A stretch of 55,873 bases of DNA, counting the filler, from Jimgerdemannia flammicorona (Eukaryota): assembly GCA_003990765.1 (NCBI GenBank). It is 3 parts of 3 records of this genome, joined end to end, with 100 filler letters (N's around TTAATTAATTAA, not from the genome) between each part and the next. Parts side by side here need not be neighbours in the genome. Positions count along the whole stretch, not along the records: positions 37,320 to 55,873 come from RBNJ01002181.1; 2 more parts are not named here. One strand, written 5' to 3'. The notes below the pieces were generated by a model. That model had not been told where the DNA came from. It searched no databases and saw nothing but the letters and a program-made list of their open reading frames with translations. Numbering within the stretch: the stretch's first letter is position 1; every line of letters starts with the position of its first letter. Shown here piece after piece: positions 49,832-55,873 of the stretch. The translations under genes were made by a program, and so were the position numbers.

Positions 49832-52800
49832 ATACAAATTACTTACAGATATCCAGCTTTGACTATTATACCACTAAATACTAAGAATATTTTATTACTT
49901 TTAATAAAGTAACTAGAGGCTCAAGCCAAACTACATCAATCTCTAATCTTGTAATTTGCCTCTATTGAGCCAGACATGTTATATTTGAGGGTTCAACTGA
50001 GAAGATTTCAAATTAATGTAACTTTTTAGCTTATAAGAACCCATAGTCAAACTGGATATATTTGATACAACATCAATCTCTATTACCATAGGAGCACCAG
50101 TTATTACCAGCATCTAGACAGAAAGAGAAGTAATCACCTCAAGACTTATTAACTACTCAGTATTAGAAGAATCTCAACCAGAAACTAGTATGGTCCAAAA
50201 TCTTCAACCAGATCAACCAGACAATACAAGTGGCCCTGCTGGACAACTTGAAGAACTTGTATAAGAACTAGAAGACCTCATTACACAGGCCTGAGATCTT
50301 ACAGCCAGATACTCTATATCAGTCCCACCAATCTCACTCATTGAACCTTTATCACCAGCCCATGCAGAATTGAAGATAGCTTCTATAAGAATACCTAGGC
50401 TCATTCCACTTCATCTAAGGTCCAGAACACCATCCTCAAGGTACCCAAGCACCCCCATCTCCAGTGATAGTTCAGAAAGTAAATCAGAGTCAAAATCTGA
50501 ATCAAAATCCAGACTAGAACCAGAATCAGAAGAAAGTGATGATAAAATGTCTACCTTATTATCAACCTTTGCAGGATATCCAGAGAAAGATCCCAGAGAA
50601 TTTCTTGATAGAATTGAAGGAATCACAGCCCTGAGAAATCTCTCAGATAAAAGAAAAATCACTATCTATAAGGCTTAGCTCAGAGAACCAGCCAGAGGAA
50701 TTTTCCACTGAATAGCAAATGACTCATATTCAGAACTGGTGAGACAGATATAAGCAGCAGTATCTTATGAGCTAGAATATATAGCCATAGTTTACTACCT
50801 CATCAAAAAATATACAGGAAATGAAATCTACTACAAAGCTTAAGAATTTATCATAGAGATGAAGATGAATCTTAGAGAATCACCTAGAGCTTTCTTTATA
50901 AGAATCCAGAAGAGAATGCATATCACCAGGTTCAATGCTATCAACCAGTACATTATAGGTCCAATAATTTTCATGAATAGGATTCCTCTGAACAATATCT
51001 AGCATATCTATACCCTAGGAATTAGAAGGTCTGAAGAATAAGTAGATACAGCCCAAGGATTCTTTGATGTCAGACAAGGAACTATCTGGAGTGATCATGA
51101 CAAAAAAGAAGATAAAGAAGACATTCTGATCAAAGCCCTACAAGGACTCCTTCAAGGACAAGAGAGATCTGAGGAAAGAAGACCAGCCAAAGAAGGGAAG
51201 AAGAACAAGAGTAAAATCTAAGACCTTAGCTCTAAATTGGACCAATTGATTAGGTAGATTGAAAAACTCACCATACACGAAAATTGGAGTTACCAAGACA
51301 ACAGAAGATACCTGTCCTAGAGAAGTCAAGGTTATCCACCAAGAGATAGCAGGAGCTATCAGCAAGAAAAAAGAAGATACTCTGTCCAAAACAGAGCCTA
51401 AGTTCAATGCTTCTATTGTAGATAATTTGGACACTATACTACTGAATGTAATAACAAAAGAAGTGACCAAAGGGACTCAGAACCACCTAACTGAAGGAAT
51501 GACACTCAGTATAAGAAGACTGAAGCCCATCCTGTTGAAGATTTTGAAGAAGCAAGCAATAGTGAAAACTACAGTAACCTAGACTTATACTCTACCAAGG
51601 TTACTATCTGGAAAACAGTTTACCTAGCAGAAAAAAGAAAGAGATCTATAGGAAGGCCATCCAGAAATATCAGCAGAAGAATCATCCAAGAAGACAATAA
51701 AGAACATAAAGAAGAGCAGGTAGAAATATCTCTCTGGACTCCCTCACCTTTTGTCCCTGAGACAAATGAGCTGCTATCAGAAGATGAAGAAATAGAACAG
51801 GAAGAACAGAAGCCTGCTACCCCAAAGCCTAAGAAGAAATACACCCTGAAGACCATGCCCAGAGATATCTATAATAAAGCCTGGTAGAAGATTTAAGAAG
51901 CCAAGATAGAGGTTCCCCTTCTGCAGTTTCTACAACTAATACTAGCTGGAGTCTGAAACAAATTACTGAGGACCACTAGGTCTAGCACTGGTCAAGTTTC
52001 AATTCCACAATAAGAGCCAGCTCCCATTCCTATCCAAGCTGCAGAAAGATATGTCAGTACTTACTTATATAGAGATATTAGAGGACAAAAGGCAAAAATC
52101 CTCATAGATACAGAAGCAGCTATCTATATCATTACCAAATAGTTCCTGGATACCCTCTAATGGCCCATTTATGGATTATCCAACCTTAGTATCAAAGTAG
52201 CAGATGGAGCCTAGACTCAACCTCTTGGAGAAGTATGAAACATCACTATCTCTCTTAGACACATTCAGTTCTCCATTTCAAAAGCTATTATCACTGAAGC
52301 TGTCACCTATGACATGATCTTTGGGATCAACTGGATGAAGAAAATGAATGCAGTTGTTGATATTGATCAATAAGTACTCAAGTTTGACTACTGGGGCAAG
52401 AAGTATAGAGTTAAGATGACCAGTTATGAGCAATTGAAGAAGAAGAAGAAGATCACTATCCAAAAAGAATATGCTAGTAGTAAAAAGTCTACTACAGAGG
52501 AAGAAGAAGAATCTGAAGATGGAAATGATCTCAGACTCAATCTCAGGATCAACCTAGTGGATGACAGACCAGAAGACAATGTATGGGCCAAGAACACTGT
52601 CTCTGTTATCATTAGAGCCATTGTAGGAGAAATCAAAGGATGCCCCATCTGCCTCAAGAGATACAAGTGCTCTGAGCACTCCTCCAAGATCATTGAAATA
52701 AGGAATTCGCCTAGTACAGCCTGCCCAGAGTGCAGAAAGAAGAAGAAGAAATGCAGACATATTCTAGAAACATCTGCAGCTGAAGCTACAGAAGTATAAG

Positions 52801-53081
52801 CAATTTGGGATCAAGAATCATCTGAAGAAGAAGAAGTTCCTAACCAAGAAGTTCTTAAACAAGAAGCCTCTGAAGAAGAAGAGGTCCCTGAATTCATTCC
52901 CTGAGATAATCCTTGCTGGATACCACCTGAAGACAATGACTCTTAGAATATGGAAGAAGGACCCAGCACAATCCCCATTATTCTCAAGAAAGAAACTCAC
53001 TAAGAGAAGACATTTTGGCTAGGAAGATATCTACACCAAATGGTCTTTCACTCTCCTCAAGACTACTGCTATCAGTGCTAT

Positions 53082-55146
53082 TGTAAGCGCACAACCTCCA
53101 AGCCACCGAAATTACACGTCACCCTCTGAACAAACCACTGAAATCACACGCGACCTCCGAACAAATCTGGAAATCACCTGCTTGATCACGAAGCTGAGTC
53201 AAACTGAAGTCACAGCGCACAAAGCTGAGTCAATACAAAGTCACGGAACACAAGATCTACACAAATGGAACCTTACCAATCAGGACCAAATGTATATATA
53301 CTGAGCACCGAGAAGCATCGAATCAGAGAACCAAAACAAACAACAACCACAACTTCCAAACACACAAACATGACCACTGAGATCTACAACCGCATCCACG
53401 CTGACATTTGGAATGCCATTGTCAACCGAGCCACACCCCCTCTGCTCCTCATGAATATCCATAGCCTGGCACCCCTCTACTTCATGGAAGCCCGATGGAA
53501 CACCCTGAACATGCTTAGCGAGGCCCACCGAATCGGACAAATCTCAAGCTACTACCAGATCGGCTGCCTCCTGGAAGACATGGTCGAACACCACCATAAT
53601 ACCGACATTACCCAGATGTCTCAACACCAGAAGCTCATCGCCCGCAAACATCGAGAACTCTTCTATGAGTACAATACCTTTATTCCCTGCCTCCGAGTTA
53701 CTACCAGCAAAATGGTTACTACCCTGTCCTATGGCCAAATCGATGATATGATACAAGAAATCAACCACAAGTACCTCGAATATGTCGAAACCACAGACAG
53801 AACCTTCCCGCACCCTGATGACCATATCCTACAAATGCCTCAAGTTGGATACGCCATGAAGGATGTCTACGATATAATCCACTTTGATGAAGACGAAGCA
53901 AAAGACAATGATCCCTCTGACGCCGATATGACCTCTAGCCAAGAATCTCTGCCAACCCTGATCACTCTGCCAACCTTGTCGATGAACTTACAACAGTTCA
54001 TAACTACATATGAGACTTATTGGGACAATGACCACTGGCACGAATACCAACCCGCGTTCACCCCCGATTACTTCAATTACAATGAAGAGACCAGAGAACA
54101 CAACCTGTACCTTCAGACAACCCTCGAGATCGAACCAACCACTCCACCACCCGAGTACAAGCAACATGAACCACAGCCACCAGCATACTATAACCCCGCA
54201 ACTCATAGTGCTGTAACCTATAGAAGGTATGCAGACAGCGAATCCGATGAAAGCGAAGACAGTACACCCATTCTTCGCCCACCAACACCTTATCCAGCAT
54301 ACGAAACAGACGATGCTATTCTGTGGGATGGAGATGAAGTTCCAATGTATTATTACCTCAGCGAACAAGGAGAAGTAATCCATGAACCATTATTCCTAGA
54401 CGACTACTTCATCAGAGATGATGCAATCGATGGTGATGTCATCGAAGACTACCCAGATAGTGCCTAAACCTATAAATAGCCTAGCAGTCATAGTATAGAT
54501 AGATTAGCCTTGTATGACATGACTGTGAACTGACTCAGCAGTCAGACGATCTCTTGACATGTCAGATCACACTTGTACTACGTGACTGCATTCTGACTCA
54601 GCAAGGCACTTAGTGCTACATCCATATTTAGCATAGTCCAGATAGCCCCTCACTAGTATAAATACCCCCTCCCCCAGACCTCAGAATCTCAGACTTGAAC
54701 AATCTGAACACAACTCCTGAGCACTTCCCCACAATACCCCTTCACACAAATACTCCTAGAATAACAATATCATGAATAGCAAATAAACCTATTCCATAAC
54801 CCACAAATCACTCTTAAGTAAATCTGCTCCCTATTAGGTCCTACTCCTAACCCCATCACGAAATTTCCTAATTGGGTATTGTCTGCAGCGATACGCCAAT
54901 TCAACTAAGCTGGTCTTAGTTTCTTGAACTTCCTGAAATACGGAAAAATCCTGAACATCCAGAACTAGTCCAGAAAAGGACTTTGGTTGAGATGTCAACC
55001 TGATCTTGAAATCAATAAGCGTAGAGGACGTACTCCATATGAAATTGATCTTGACCATAAGAAAACGGTCTTCCAGAACATCCAGAACTTCCAGAAAATC
55101 CTTCCAGAACTACGTAACGGTCACCCTAAAAAGTAACCCTCTTACA
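53082..55146 (+). repeat. Family C LTR (2065 bp) containing a protein-coding ORF
   Basis: TGTAAG...CTTACA inverted termini. Start confirmed by the PPT-adjacent copy at 35240; end confirmed by the PBS and by the copy ending at 19644. TATAAATA at 54471 and 54657; AATAAA at ~54782. Confidence 0.92.
53265..54467 (+). CDS. Intact 400-aa LTR-encoded accessory protein of unknown function (predicted helical N-terminal core, acidic/Pro/Tyr-rich C-terminus)
   Basis: Longest ORF in the window and CpG-retaining. Degenerate homologs at ~35390-35830 and 18733-18972. Motif similarity to ORF3 of families A and B. Confidence 0.88.
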   Translation: MEPYQSGPNVYILSTEKHRIREPKQTTTTTSKHTNMTTEIYNRIHADIWNAIVNRATPPLLLMNIHSLAPLYFMEARWNTLNMLSEAHRIGQISSYYQIGCLLEDMVEHHHNTDITQMSQHQKLIARKHRELFYEYNTFIPCLRVTTSKMVTTLSYGQIDDMIQEINHKYLEYVETTDRTFPHPDDHILQMPQVGYAMKDVYDIIHFDEDEAKDNDPSDADMTSSQESLPTLITLPTLSMNLQQFITTYETYWDNDHWHEYQPAFTPDYFNYNEETREHNLYLQTTLEIEPTTPPPEYKQHEPQPPAYYNPATHSAVTYRRYADSESDESEDSTPILRPPTPYPAYETDDAILWDGDEVPMYYYLSEQGEVIHEPLFLDDYFIRDDAIDGDVIEDYPDSA

Positions 55147-55149
55147 ACT

Positions 55150-55160
55150 TGGTAGCAGCG
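55150..55160 (+). promoter_or_regulatory. Primer binding site, tRNA-iMet type
   Basis: TGGTAGCAGCG 3 nt after the LTR, complementary to a ...GCTACCA 3' end typical of eukaryotic initiator tRNAs (cf. Ty1 PBS TGGTAGCGCC). Confidence 0.8.
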
Positions 55161-55873
55161 GTTTACAATCCAATTCCGCTTCAAGATGCTTCCTCACTCC
55201 ACTACAAACCCTTCTGAGAATTCCTACAAGTTGGTATAAAGCCCAACCTCTGAACTGGAATTTATTCTGAACTATCTGACAATCTGGAGAGAATTGAACC
55301 TGATGTATAAGGACAATTTGACCTCCACATCTGTAACAAGTAGGATAAACTTCATTCAAAGAAAGAAGTACTCAAGTTAAACCAGCAAATAGGCAAAACT
55401 CTATTCACTGAACTCCTTGCACTACACCCAGCAAGTCAAGATGAAGAAGGTCTTATTGAAGCCTTCTTTACTCTTCTCAACAAGAGTTTTGTCAGCTCCA
55501 CAAATCCGAGCGACCTAGGACAACCAGCAGCAGTCTTTCTAGCCTTAGTTCCTCACGAAGCCCAAGCCTCTGTAGCCAAGTGGCTCAACTCTACCAACTT
55601 TCACTGCACCAGGACTAAGACCGCATTATACTACTGATTCCAGAACAGCAAGGCCCACCATATTCTTAAGGAAGAAGCAAGAGAAACCCTTCATCAACTA
55701 CCTGACCCTGAACCTGAAGCAGGCCCTGCTACAACCCTACCTGAATCTGAAACCAATACCGAACCTGAACTTGACTTTGAATTAAGTCCATCTGAAATCA
55801 GATATATAACTAATTCTGTCTACTTTGACACCGAGCAAACCCAATTACACGGGGACCAAACCGAAGAAGAGGA

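Larger units (their letters stand above)
38444..53081 (+). mobile_element. Degenerate Gypsy family B element B2 (5' LTR 38444-39669 plus 49836-49983; internal gag-PR-insert 49984-53081), split by B1 and cut by C
   Basis: LTR starts TGTGAC and ends CATGTTATA, followed by mutated PBS tttgagggttcaactg. Internal region is the reverse complement homolog of 45430-48526. Confidence 0.9.
53082..55873 (+). mobile_element. Gypsy family C element: 5' LTR, PBS and start of gag (runs off the window)
   Basis: Interrupts B2 at 53081/53082. The gag region shares AKW...TKT.LYY with A3 gag. Confidence 0.9.

Noticed and set aside
53265..54467. Interpretation as a retroviral env gene or a host gene trapped between TEs
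   Set aside because: No signal peptide or transmembrane segment. Homologous sequence occurs in two other copies of the same LTR, one directly after a PPT, so it is part of the element.

Overview
This is eukaryotic DNA, most likely from a repeat-rich early-diverging fungus (Mucoromycota-like; inferred from short GT-AG introns, gene families and TE content). The window is three probably unrelated ~18.56-kb contigs (1-18560, 18661-37219, 37320-55873) joined by artificial N-TTAATTAATTAA-N spacers. It is dominated by nested, C>T/G>A-hypermutated transposons: three Ty3/Gypsy LTR families (called A, B and C here), a full-length L1/Tx1-like LINE with a 16-bp TSD, a Ty1/Copia remnant and a 656-bp hAT-type foldback MITE. 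Host sequence comprises the 3' exons of a DNMT2/TRDMT1 gene, a multi-exon gene with a restriction-endonuclease-like C-terminus, and small pseudogene fragments. Main discovery: all three Gypsy families appear to carry a homologous accessory gene of unknown function, with core motif [Y/H]Y-x-I-G-xx-L ... A-x-[R/K]-x-[Y/R]-x-[L/I]-[F/Y/I] and an acidic tail. In families A and B it lies between pol and the PPT (the retroviral env position). In family C it sits inside the U3 part of a ~2.07-kb LTR, where one copy is an intact 400-aa ORF flanked by paired TGACTCAGC (bZIP-type) sites. Families A and B also encode dUTPases at two different positions. All homologies were judged by eye; no database searches were run.
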